From Marsupella aquatica (lineage: Eukaryota > Plantae > Marchantiophyta): a DNA stretch of 64,000 bases. Of this stretch, positions 52,848 to 64,000 are shown one piece after another (within the stretch, counting starts at the first letter, position 1; each line of letters opens with the position of its first letter). The notes under the pieces were generated by a model that was not told the origin of the DNA, did no database searches, and worked only from the letters and a program-made list of their open reading frames with translations. Location of the stretch: NCBI GenBank assembly GCA_973895155.1, contig OZ316891.1, forward strand, positions 13,299,037 to 13,363,036, written 5' to 3'. Both the position numbers and the translations under genes were made by a program.

Positions 52848-55800
52848 AATGTCCAGAGAAGGAGATTGTTGCCAAGAATATCTACAGAATCAATCCGGAA
52901 TTTCTTCCTCCGGACGCTCCCGGAAGTTTGAAGTTCATTCGTGCAGTCCTGGTATGAAGCAGTGCCCGTTGCTTTGATGGCCCGAGTTCGACCTGAGTTA
53001 ATATGAGGTTCATTAAGAGCTTTGATTGAAAACGCCGGAAAGCTGTCACAACCAATGATACTGCAATCTGAATGGCACTAAAAAACCCATTTTCCATTCA
53101 TTTCTGTACGATCTTTTATTTCTGGTACTTGTCTATCTACATTGCTGTATGAAAGTGTAAGTGTTATGCTGTGGTACTATATTATGTCATATCCCAAGCC
53201 CAGAAAATTCGGTAGAGTAAAGCACTGATTCGATTCTGGACATCGACGCCTTTCACCGAATCACAAAGTCGGCATTTCCTCTGAACATTCTAGACCTTTA
53301 AAATATTTGTGGTTGCTTGGTAAAGTCCTTGTAATTCCTGTTTTAGAGGGAACCACTTGCAAAATTCTTGCAGCATGTGTCAGAGTCTGCTTGCGCGTTA
53401 CGGAACGAAACATAAGGTCATTGCATTTTTTCGAGTCCTACGTGGGACTCTCCGTTGATAATTAAAACTCTCTGAAACTGGCTATAACGAGACTTTCATA
53501 TATACGTCTGCTAAACTTGATTATTGACAATTATGGCTTCACTGGCTCATGTACAGAATGAACAGAATGATCTTACAGATGCAAGTAAAGGAATCGTTAT
53601 ATATGCTCGTCTTTCTCTACAAACCGTCATGTCACGTAGATCTCTGCTGTGCACTTACCACGCATATATAATTCTATGATCCAGTACTGAAAATTGGTAA
53701 CTGGACGTGTATCTGACAGGTCGCGGAGAAGACAAGGATTAACGTCACAGTGACATTTCCCAGTAAGAGCTCCTTGCAATCTTACTTTGGGAGAGCTCCC
53801 GATACGATGGTTACAGACCGTCTGACGTGTACATCAAAATTTTCACTCGTACAGGATCAAAAGAAGAAAGAGACAGCCATGGGAACTAAACCAGAACTCG
53901 ACAGTTATTTTAATATGACTCCAAAGATTGCCGAGAGAGTCCTTGTTAGACCAGTATCGTGCACCGAATACCTACATCAGGGACACCTTTCGAGTTTCTG
54001 GGTTATTGAAGGTACTTTCGTAGACCTTCATGAACCAGTTGTGAGGTTCAACTTCTAGGTACCTGAGCTACCTGTGGCTGCTTATGATTTGCTGACTGCA
54101 AGAGTGCAAGTTGTCTGCAGCACTTTTAATTAGTATCTCAGGTAGTTGACAAAAGTACTACAGTAGCTTGCAACATACCTTGGACTCCAAACACTGTTAA
54201 AAAACAAGACAAAGAACTCCAGTGTTTGTGTTGTCATCAAAACTACGGCCATAATGATAGTTGAGATTGATCACGCTGCAGATCTTGAAGAAGTGCAGTG
54301 TAAGAGATTAATATCTGGCGACAAGAAAACTGCAGCTGATCATGAACTGGATGATGAGGCAAATGGAGAGCTTGGAGCAGCCCAAGCTTTGACCCAGTTG
54401 ATACCGGGGAATACGATGATTGTCAGTACTGAAGGAAATCGGGCCGTAATCGAGGGATCTAGCGAACATGGCAGTGAAGAACCGTTAAGGTCTCAGATTA
54501 AATGGGGAATGCGCAGCTTGAGGAGAGCTAGTTTCGGCAATCGCTCGGGTAACGGAACTAGTCCCAATAGCTGTGACACGAGCTCAAAGGATCCAAGTAG
54601 TAAGGACAGAGAGCAAAATCTCACCAAGAAGATTCTAGACTTCTCTGACCAGCCGCATCAGAATATTGGACAAACTAGAATAACTCACGACTTCATGCCA
54701 ACCGGGAGATCAAGCCGGAAACATTCACGGCGCGAAGAGAAATCAATTGATTTAGGAGCAGTTTGCCCAGGTACATCAGGCAAATCGGATAATTCGAAGC
54801 ACAGCCGGTCCAATGTTATTCTCAAACTTCCTAAAGACATGAAAGGACGGTGGGCAAGCGAAAGGTAGGGCTCAAATAACCCAAAATTGGAACAGTTGTA
54901 CATATAAAACGGTCAGCTGTAAAGTTCTGATCAGTGAATTACTGCGTAAAATCATTTTTTCTAGCAATGACCAAGTATATGCTTTAGATAGGTGCACAAA
55001 AATGCTTTCATCTGACATAGGTGCAGATTTTCCGATTGCTACTGTACTTGTTAGATTTCAGGTGTTCTAAAATTTACCTTTGGATTCTTCATTAGTATGC
55101 AAAGCTTACTGTAGTAAGGTTGTCTACGAACTGTACGAGGAATACCGCTGCAAACCAACAGATACGAGCTCGCCTTTCAGGTATAAGTCGGCCCAGTTGA
55201 AGTTAATTGACATCATGCATGAGAGAGGAGCAGCTCCTGGGAAGCCGATTTTGCGGCCAGCACTACGTGAGGAAGCAAGAAAGGACATAGGTGATACGGG
55301 ACTCCTCGACCATCTGTTGAAGCACATGACTGACACAGTTGTAACAAACGGAGAGCGCTTTAGGAGGCGGCATAATGCCGAAGGTGCAATGGAGTATTGG
55401 CTTGAAGATGCCAGTTTGATGGAGATCAGAAAAGCTGCTGGAATAGAAGACCCGTCTTGGATTCCACCGCCTGGATGGAAACCTGGTGATCCTTTGCCTG
55501 GAAGAGGAGATTTCTATGGTTATGGATGTTTCAATCGCGGCATGACGCCTGCAGAGGTTGCCGAAATGACAAAGCTGAAAGAGACGGTCGACAAGGTCAG
55601 AAGGTATTGGAAAAAGAACATTTTCTTCACCAAAAGAATTTGGTAACAATTATGTTCTTAGAAGGACGTAGAAGGACTGGTGCTTGGGATGTGTACAAGT
55701 CTTCTGCAGAGTCACTAGTAGACTACAAGATAGGAAATTTCATTCAGCTCTCTACTGGGCATCCGTCGTTGTACTGAGTTGCGTTATATTGTGTTTCTGA

Positions 55801-58800
55801 GTATTCAGGGACCTTCATTCACTCTCTTCGCGGGTGAAGAGAACGAGGAGTCCAGCGGTAGCTCCTGGGCGGAAAGAAGGTTTCCAAGAAGATAAGCATG
55901 AGATTACACCAGAAAATAACGGGATGATCCAAAGTAATGATTTTGACGACGATGTTAGACACGAACGGGAGGTAAAGCTGTCACTTAAGCCAGAATTGTT
56001 GTGATCAAGACACAGCAAAAGTTGCTACTACTATATTGTTCAATGAAATATGGGGAAAACCATATTTACTAAGGATAGCTACACCCGAGTTTTATCGAAC
56101 AATGATTCGGTCAGACCAAAAGCAGGACCAAACGTACTACCTCACCGGACGTTATAGATCTATGAGTCCATACGATAGGGAATGAAAAAGGTTTTTACCA
56201 TCAGGGCCGCGTGTGCACCTCCCTGCTGAACTACTGTGCCACGGTCGCTTAGATCATGTAGATCGTCGATTTATCATCTCACATTTGAGCTCGTTGTGAT
56301 TTGGTCGCAGCGAACGAAGTTGAAAGAGAGAGGCGTTCACGAAGATCTAAGCCAGACGGATCAAGGTAACCGAAACGCAATGCAGCAACAGCAATCGATT
56401 TGCGATTCACAGGTAAGTCAACTTCTGGGATATGATGAATTGAAATGTCTGAAAGGCTTCATGCTCGTCAACGAGAAGGGACAATGAGGTCCGACGGGAG
56501 GATTTCCACTATTCCTACAGAACTTCGACTGACACTTGCTAAATGTCAATGGACAATTAATGCCACTCTTCCACTCATTTCGAGTAGTTCTGTGGGATTT
56601 CAAGATAGTCATCGCATCTCTCACTACACGAAGACAAAAACAATTACTTTACCACCCTCTCTGATAGTCTGATCCATATAATTTCAGGAAGGGAGGTCAA
56701 CCAGCAAATATTTGATAGAAGCTAAGAGCCAACTGGAGACGGACTTGTCAGAAGTGCTGAAGTCTGTTGCTCTCATGCAGGTAAGGCCTCGAGTACCAAA
56801 TCATTCAGTCCGACGCCCAAAATCCCTAAAACTCCATGCCCGGCCCTATTCAGTGATTTGAATTACAGAAGTTCTATGCTGTCTTTGAAAATTCAACCTT
56901 CTGCAAGTCGAAGGAGCTTTCCCGCACCTGCACCCAGAATATGATCTTTTTCGATATTAACAAGTGGTTTAACATATAACCCGGAAATTTTATTAGAAAC
57001 GAATAGAGAAATTGAATCCTTTCTTCGCACGATGCTCGTCCTGACCCAGTAGTTCTTCAAATTGGCTCAGCGAAACTGTCGTCTGGTGTCGGTTTCTCAG
57101 GAGTATGTTGACTATACTATGAAGGAACTCGGATTCTCACCAGATGAAGATACCAAGCTAAGTTCAAAAGAAGTCCGTACTGGCGCAGCTATTGGATCGT
57201 CAAGACCAATCAGTACTTATCAGCGGAGTACTTCGGACGTACCCTCGGCGCTAGTAAACCCTGCCACGAAAATTTGCGTTGCCGTGACTTCCTCACCTGC
57301 CGATATAGATCTCCGGATTTCAATGGACGGGAACGATACTGATAAACGCAAGGAAGCTGACTTTGTCATCTCTGCTGGAAATGAACCGAATCGAGTTGGT
57401 CTTCCGCAATGCGGCTCTGGTCCAGGAGTCAACAGTTCCATGCAGAATGGACTCCAAGTCTGGAAGCCTTCCAGTAATGGTCGTTTTGTTCGGCCTGGCA
57501 TGATGATTCCACAAACGAGAGCTTTTGGTGTTTGGGCTGCAGAAGATGTTCTATCACCCGGGACTCCTCTTCCTCAAGCCCCAAATGCAGCCTCAGCTAG
57601 CCTTGGTCACATTGCAGAGACTTCTCGGGAGGATGCCTCAGCTCGTGCTAACTATGTTATTACGAGATCTGAAGACGAGAATCAACTCAGACCACACATT
57701 CAACATCAAATAAATTTCTTGTGGCCGTCAACTGATTCGGAAGGTGACAGAAAGTCTCAAACTATTGTGTTTCCTGACCATTGTGCCGACGGGAACAGAG
57801 TAAAGTGGATGAAGGCAGAAGGGAGACATTTCCAAGCAACCAGCTCTCCCCAATTAGCTACATATCAATCTGAAGCCCACACGTTGATTGGTGTACCCCG
57901 AGAGGCGTCACGCGCGCGTGATGGATTGACAATCCTCTCGTATGTAGCAGATTGTGAAGCCGTTGACAAAGCTTCTCAAGAACATCCCAAAGCTCCAGAC
58001 ACCCAAGGTGTGTTCCAAAATCCGATTTCAGCCATCGCGAACGTGAATTGTATTTCAAGTTCTGCTCTTGAGCGTCCTAGGGGGCATTCACCTTCAATGA
58101 ATTGTGTTTACCCCGAGGCCGGAAAGAGGAAGATGCTGGACCAAGTTGAGGCCAATCAGTTGTCGACGAGCTTCATTACAAGTTCCGGTCACACGAGTGG
58201 AGATTTACACCACGGTTCTATTTCAACAATCGCAGCAGCACAATGCGTTAGAAATGAGTCATTCAAACCATCTTTGTCAGCAGCAGCTAATCGGCCCTTC
58301 GATAGGACTCTTGTAAACTTGACAACAGAGTCCAGGTCAAGAGCTGAGCAGTTTATCCTGACAGCTGCGTCAAACGAGACTTCCATTGTTCATAAGCCGA
58401 AGGATCCGTCGACAAATCTCTCGTTAACCTCGCACATGTCTCCAGGACCTAGCAACAGTGGATCCCCTTGCACTTCTTCGAAATCTGTGTCGCGAAGTGG
58501 AGCAGAGCCGTCCTCAATTCTGATGCTAAGCAGTGTCATTGCAGATCAAGCGGGCGGCAATTACGACCACGAGTTTCCCTCGCATAATTCTATATCGGCA
58601 GATCAGCTCGAGTGTTTACAGCATGTCTCCGGGAATGGTGTTGAGCAACGACAGGTTCTCAGCAGAAAAGACTTCTTGTTGAAAGGAGTCCGTCCAACCA
58701 AGCAAAAGTCCTTCCCTGAGATTATCGAAAAATGCTCCATCCAGAGTTCGACAAACAAGGCCAAAAGCTCAACATGGCTTGGCTTGGCGCCTCCTAGCTC

Positions 58801-58819
58801 AAGCAATTTGCATTCCTAA
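52848..58819 (+). CDS. SWI1: SWI1/DYAD/AMEIOTIC1-family meiotic chromosome protein
   Basis: Exons 52848-52951, 53720-54011, 54282-54864, 55181-55603, 55809-55971, 56311-56412, 56688-56780, 57101-58819. Motifs YRINPEFLPPDAPGSLKFIRAV, FPSKSSLQSYF, GRWASERYKSAQ, PILRPALREEARKDIGDTGLLDHLLKHM, RFRRRHNAEGAMEYWLE, DPSWIPPPGWKPGD. Confidence 0.93.
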
Positions 58820-60360
58820 GCCTTGTTCTCTCGTGAGCCCATAAAACAGTCAAGCGGAGGCTAGATTCTATCTTCTCATTTACTCATCGTCTTCATATTT
58901 TGGAGATGATTCAAACAAACTTCTGTTTGGAGGAGACGGTGACGTGTTCAGTGGAAACAACTGGGATACGAAATTCCTCCCAAAACTTTCTGCCTGGAGA
59001 TTGTGGGAGTAGTTCACGTCCGCTACTAGTACAGAACTAACAATAAGTTTCTTCATTTGGTCTTGCCAGACTTAAAGATTCTACATCTGACTGTCAATGT
59101 AAATGATTTTCAGTAGTCGCTTCTGCAAATTAGCCAACTTGAAATTTACGAAGAATTCACGCCTCCACACGGATTAAAGAAACCATTTGAGCTTCGCGTG
59201 TTTTCCTCAGAATGATGTCAGTTGGTGCACATAACCACCGTTCGAATTGTTGTGGGGGCAGTCGTGTGCGACTCGAGACCAAATTAATTCTATCAGTGGA
59301 TTGAGGAGCAGCAGTATGGTCCTTCCATATCGAATGTAAACTACAATGCCGTGTTTGTATATCAGGATTTCGAAACCCAGAACAACACACTGTATTTCAG
59401 AGTTTGAGAATTGATCCGGAACTCATGGAGACTGAACACAGCAATGTAATGTTGGGAGTATGGGACAAAGTCTATGATTAGAGCAGATGCTAGCAGAGTA
59501 CAACGAGTAATCGATTAGAGCAACTCCCGTTTCTGCTAATGAAGGATCATGTATTCAGTGCCGCGTGGATTTCCCGTCAGGGAATGCAGGCGGAAATAAC
59601 GCTACGTCCCAACACAAAACAATCGGACCGTAATTTTTGAACTGGTGATAACATTGGCGGAAGGAACATGTTGGTGAGCTACCCACTCGAACTTGACATT
59701 GTTTTGTTCATTTCTGCGTCAATACAGTAGTATCCATAAAATCCCATGGCGTTTATACTGGTCATCGCTCGATGGTTCGCTTTCGCAAAGTGTCAGTAAT
59801 TTAGAGCGAAAGAGGGAGGTGGAATAATGTCAGACGCTTGCTAGATTCAGATGTTTGTATACAGGTATGCACAATTCCCTGAATTGAAAATGTAAAAGTT
59901 ACAGTACCGGCTCTCGTGTATGACTCAGTACACCATGGAGGACTAATTACACTCCTACCAACGAACTTTTGAGCAGCTCCTATAGTGGAATGATGCAATT
60001 CCCCTTATTTGTACAAAAACAATCTGGATTCCGCTAATACAAGCTGAAACTTACCTTCAAACGAAATGACGGATTAGATATACTGTAACAAGCACATGTC
60101 CCTTTGGACTCTAGGTTCCTGAGCATGAACAAGTCGAGGTCATGAACGGGCCTCATACAGAAGGCTCGGAGCTAACATGTGCACGGAGGTTTTGCTTTGG
60201 TACTTTCAGTCACATGAGAGTGCTGATCGTTTGCCCATGTCAACAAAACGCTGAAGCAAAGAAAGTGGCGGAGATGATGGATCTCCATTAAATTTCATTC
60301 AGAAGAAGCACGGACTGCGTGCTCGGATGATAAAAGTAAGCAAGGCAATCAACGTGTATT

Positions 60361-63300
60361 TTACATTTCGCCCATGACACGTCTTGCTTTCTTTTGTTGT
60401 ATTGCAACCGCAGGACTAATTGGTGGTCTTCGGCTCATTTGGCACCTCTGCAAACTACCGGGCACGGCATTTTCATCAATCTCACCGAGAACCGTCCCCT
60501 TGCAGATGTCCTGAAGAGACACCATCCTCCTCTCTTGAGCAGCAGCTTTCACAACATTGGGGTTGGTACTCCGGGTTAACCCAAGAAGAACCGGCTCGGG
60601 GACGCAGTCAACTGGATCTAGTGCCCTGCGTTCCTTGTCTACGGACGGCTTATCCACCATCTGTAATCGCTGGACTTGCTTTTGGAGTCCCCTATTCTTC
60701 CTGTTCATCATGAATTGCAGATAATATTAATGCCTGCCTCTTAACTGTCAGAATAAATTTCCGAATCACACTGCATCATTGAGCCGCCGTAATCACTGAC
60801 TTGGTGGCGTTCGAGGCCCTAACGAATAACAATAACAAGACATCAAACTGGCTGTCTGTAAATGCAGGCTGTACTCACAATAATGACCCTACTCACAATA
60901 ATCTTCCACTGAGTATACTGTTAATCTGAGAATCAACTCCCCGAAAACGAGGAGAACGTGATTGCCATACTTAGACGGAAAGACCAATAGCCTCGGAGAT
61001 CAAGGTCAAAAGATGCTTACCTTTGCAGGCTATCAATTTGATTTTCAAGCCTTATATTTTTCCTGTCAGCCCATAAAAACAGTTCATCAGCTCGAGTCAA
61101 CCAAGAGGACAGCAGAAGTATAACCACGTAGTCCTCAGGTAGAAAGTAATGGTCCCAATTACAGAACAAAAGTGCAACCAGGTAATTCAAGAAGATTGTT
61201 ACCTCACGAGAGTGTCACAAAGCTCCACAGTGTTGTTGAGGTCATCTTGAATCTCAGCTTTCCGCTTCCCCGGAGATACTTTCAGCTGCCCATCATCTCT
61301 TCCAGTTGTCAAATTCCCCGTGTCAGCTGAACTCAGCTGATTTTGACCATAAATGCTATCTTGTAATAACAGAGTCTCTTGCTCTAGTTTCTTCACTTGG
61401 GACCTGAGACCCACAATCTCATCATTCACCTGCTCTATGATTAGGTTCTTGGCGGTTACATTGGAGAGTGCAGCATCGAGTTTCCCAGACAGCTCACGTG
61501 CTTCCTTTTGCGACTCCTCCGTGCGAAACCTGAGGATTTCGAGCTCTTTTTCTAGGGATTCGTTGACTCCTGCCAATGTGCAATCATCAGCAGAAACCTG
61601 AGATCCCTCCGGCAGCAAGTTTGCTTTATTTTCATCATCTTGGATTCCAAACTTACTTCCTCCAATGTTGTTTGTATCGCCATTTTCCAGGTGGGGAGTC
61701 GTTTTCTCACAAGAATCAATCCCAAACGTGCACTCGAATCCACCACCATTCTCCATGTCTGCGACGAGCCTCATTTGTTCCGTCTGCAAGTACTCAAGAA
61801 GTTCTTTCTCACTTTCCTGGGATTGTTCAAGCTCGTGAAGAAAACTCTCCATCTTCTCTTTTCTTGCAAGTGCTTCCTCCTGGGCCACATTTATGCCAAC
61901 CTGCAGACTATCGTTGAGCTCTTTCAATGCTCGCTCATTCGTTTGGTGTGCCTCTATTTGCAACATCAAATTACTGATTGTGCTCGTTGCACATTGAAGC
62001 TCCTGGTTCACCCTTTCACCTGCTTTAGCTGCATCTTCTGCTTTAAGTTTCCAGCCTTCCACCTGAACCATGAGATCACAAATCAGAGTAGCAGATTCTG
62101 CAACTCTTCTTCGCTCTTCAACAAGGTCATCCGCAGCTCTTGATAGAAGTTGAGCAATTCCCCTGTCTTCAATCATGGCATGTTCCACTGACATCATGGC
62201 TTCCTTGATGCGCAGCACCTCCTGAGTTACTGTGTCTCTCTGTTTGGCTGAGTCGTCTGCAATTCTCTTCCACTCCTCTACCTGGGCTTGGAGGTCAGCG
62301 ATCAAAGAAGCAGACTCCGCTACTTTCATCCTCTCCTCGTTCAGGTCTTGCTCAAGAATAGAAAGGCGCTGCACATTTCCCCTCTCTTCAATCAAGTCAT
62401 GCTCCATCCTGATCATGGCGTCATTGATGCGCACAACTTCCTGATGACCCTGTAGTCTCATACCTTCTACATCTCCAAGTTGTTGTTTGAGCGACAACAC
62501 TTCGCTTTCAGCAGCTGCAACTCTGGACTGCAGCTCTAGCCACTCAGCCTGTACACCATCCAGGGTCTCCTGGATCTTCAAAGCATTCTTTTCGGTTTCC
62601 ATGGCCCGACTAGAGGTAGCATGAAGCTCTTGCGTTAAAGAGCTTGCTTCCTTGAAGCTTAATTCTGCTTTCTCTTTCCAGCTTGCTATCTCGACCTCCA
62701 TAGAATTGATAGCACCCAAATGCCCTGAGATAACGTCTGACTTTTCAGACAGTACATTCTGAGCCAGTGCTAAGGCCTCGTGCGATCTTGCTAGCTCTCC
62801 CTTAGTGTCTTTGTATCTTTTCTCCACTTCTGACAACTTCTCCATTAGCATTTCGGTCTCACTCTCCTTGCCACCAAGGTTTGCTTCAAGTACCTGATAT
62901 TTCCCTCGAGCCTCCTCTAGAGCAGCTTGCACAGAACGAAGACGAGCGTCACGCTCATGGACTGTACGACGCGATGATTCCAGTTCGTCTGCTAGACTTG
63001 TCATCAACATTTGCGTTTCCCCTTCTTGAGCTACGACCAGCCTCGTCTGTTCTAGTTGCAGCTCAAGGCTTTGGATATCTTTAGACTTCAAAGCAACTTC
63101 ATTGGACGAAGCGTCATGCTGTACTCTGAGCTTTCTGAGCTCCGAGAGCAGTTCTTCGTTGTCCAGTTGCAACTCAGATCTCTGGCTCTGTACTCGTGAG
63201 AGGCTCTCTTCCAAGTTAATCTGCCTCTCTTCTTGCCATTGACGCTGCTCTTTGGCCCGTTGCAAATCTTGGTCACGATGTTCCAGCATCTTACTTTGTT

Positions 63301-64000
63301 CCAGAGCACTTGCTTGGACACTGAGCAACTGTGCTTCCATATCTTTCAGAGAGAAATCTTTCCTTGTATTAAGATCCAACAATGCTTCGCATTTTTCTTT
63401 GTATCGGGAAGACTCCTCCGTGAGCAACCTTGTACTGTTTTGATACGTCTCGAGTTGAAGATGAGCTACTGATAGCTCGCCCTTCAGCTCCGAGAGTGTT
63501 GACTGGAACTGCTTGATACGATCATCAGAACTTTGCTCGAGCTGCTGCAACCTGCCATGAAGCTCTTTCACCAGCCCAGATGAAGAATTGGCTTCACCTT
63601 TGCTTCGCTCGAGATCCTCACACAGCCGATTCATATCCTCTTGTTGAGCTGATAGTGCTCTCTGCTCATCTGACAATTGCAATTTCAGACTCTCAATCGC
63701 TCCCTCCATGACTTGGCGCAGGTCATTTCCTCTCTTGATATCCAGCTCGCAAACTTCCAGAGCCTCACGTTTCTCCTCCAGAGCGGCCCCAACGACGTCA
63801 AGCTGGGTTGTCATATCGTGTTCTTTTCTCTTCCATTCAGCTGCTCCTCTATCCAAGTCCTGCATCCGTTGGTGAAGCTGCTCGACTTCTGTTTGCATTG
63901 ACTCTCTAGAAATCAGTGCATCTTCAAGGTAACATTCCATCTCAATCAAGGCTCCCTCCTTTGCTCTCAATTGCCTTTCTACATCGGCCAATTCGTCTCG
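60361..64000 (-). CDS. Long coiled-coil protein, 3' part (5' end outside window)
   Basis: >930-codon open E/K/L/Q-rich heptad exon running off the window edge to donor at 61203, then exons 61062-61021 (KNIRLENQIDSLQ) and 60700-60361 (...KKARRVMGEM*); phases consistent. Confidence 0.88.

Noticed and set aside
4073-58819. Germline gene cluster or sex chromosome (protamine-like HMG plus SWI1)
   Set aside because: Only two genes ~45 kb apart acting in different generations, separated by housekeeping genes; no direct evidence.
61353-63901. Plus-strand ORFs over the coiled-coil exon
   Set aside because: Antisense shadows of the long minus-strand exon.

Overview
Intron-rich eukaryotic genomic DNA from a land plant, most likely a bryophyte (liverwort-like); the organism is inferred from gene content and style, not proven. 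Intact spliced genes: an Arg/Ser-rich HMG-box protamine-like protein (+, 4073-5736), RER1 (+, 12293-14033), a DeSI/PPPDE isopeptidase (+, 18407-20042), a SWI1/DYAD/AMEIOTIC1-family meiotic gene that appears to splice onto upstream BAH and WHIM3/WSD-like exons (+, ~48200-58819), and the 3' part of a long coiled-coil gene (-, 60361 to beyond 64000). A collapsed VPS15 pseudogene lies at 6975-10361 (-). The most striking feature is a 10.45-kb DNA transposon (24382-34831) with C(T/C)CGGGGGGGTCACT-type termini and an exact 8-bp target duplication (TATATGGT). It encodes a decayed P-element/THAP9-like DDE transposase with zinc fingers and an AT-hook, plus two host-like cargo modules: a DNA polymerase lambda-type BRCT domain and an EDM2-type tandem PHD histone reader. 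Three MITEs with the same termini occur in the window, one inserted into the transposase itself. Tourist-like MITEs, another 8-bp-TSD element, a possible solo LTR and a rearranged inverted-repeat block make up most of the rest. Homologue sequences quoted for comparison are recalled from memory and need database confirmation.
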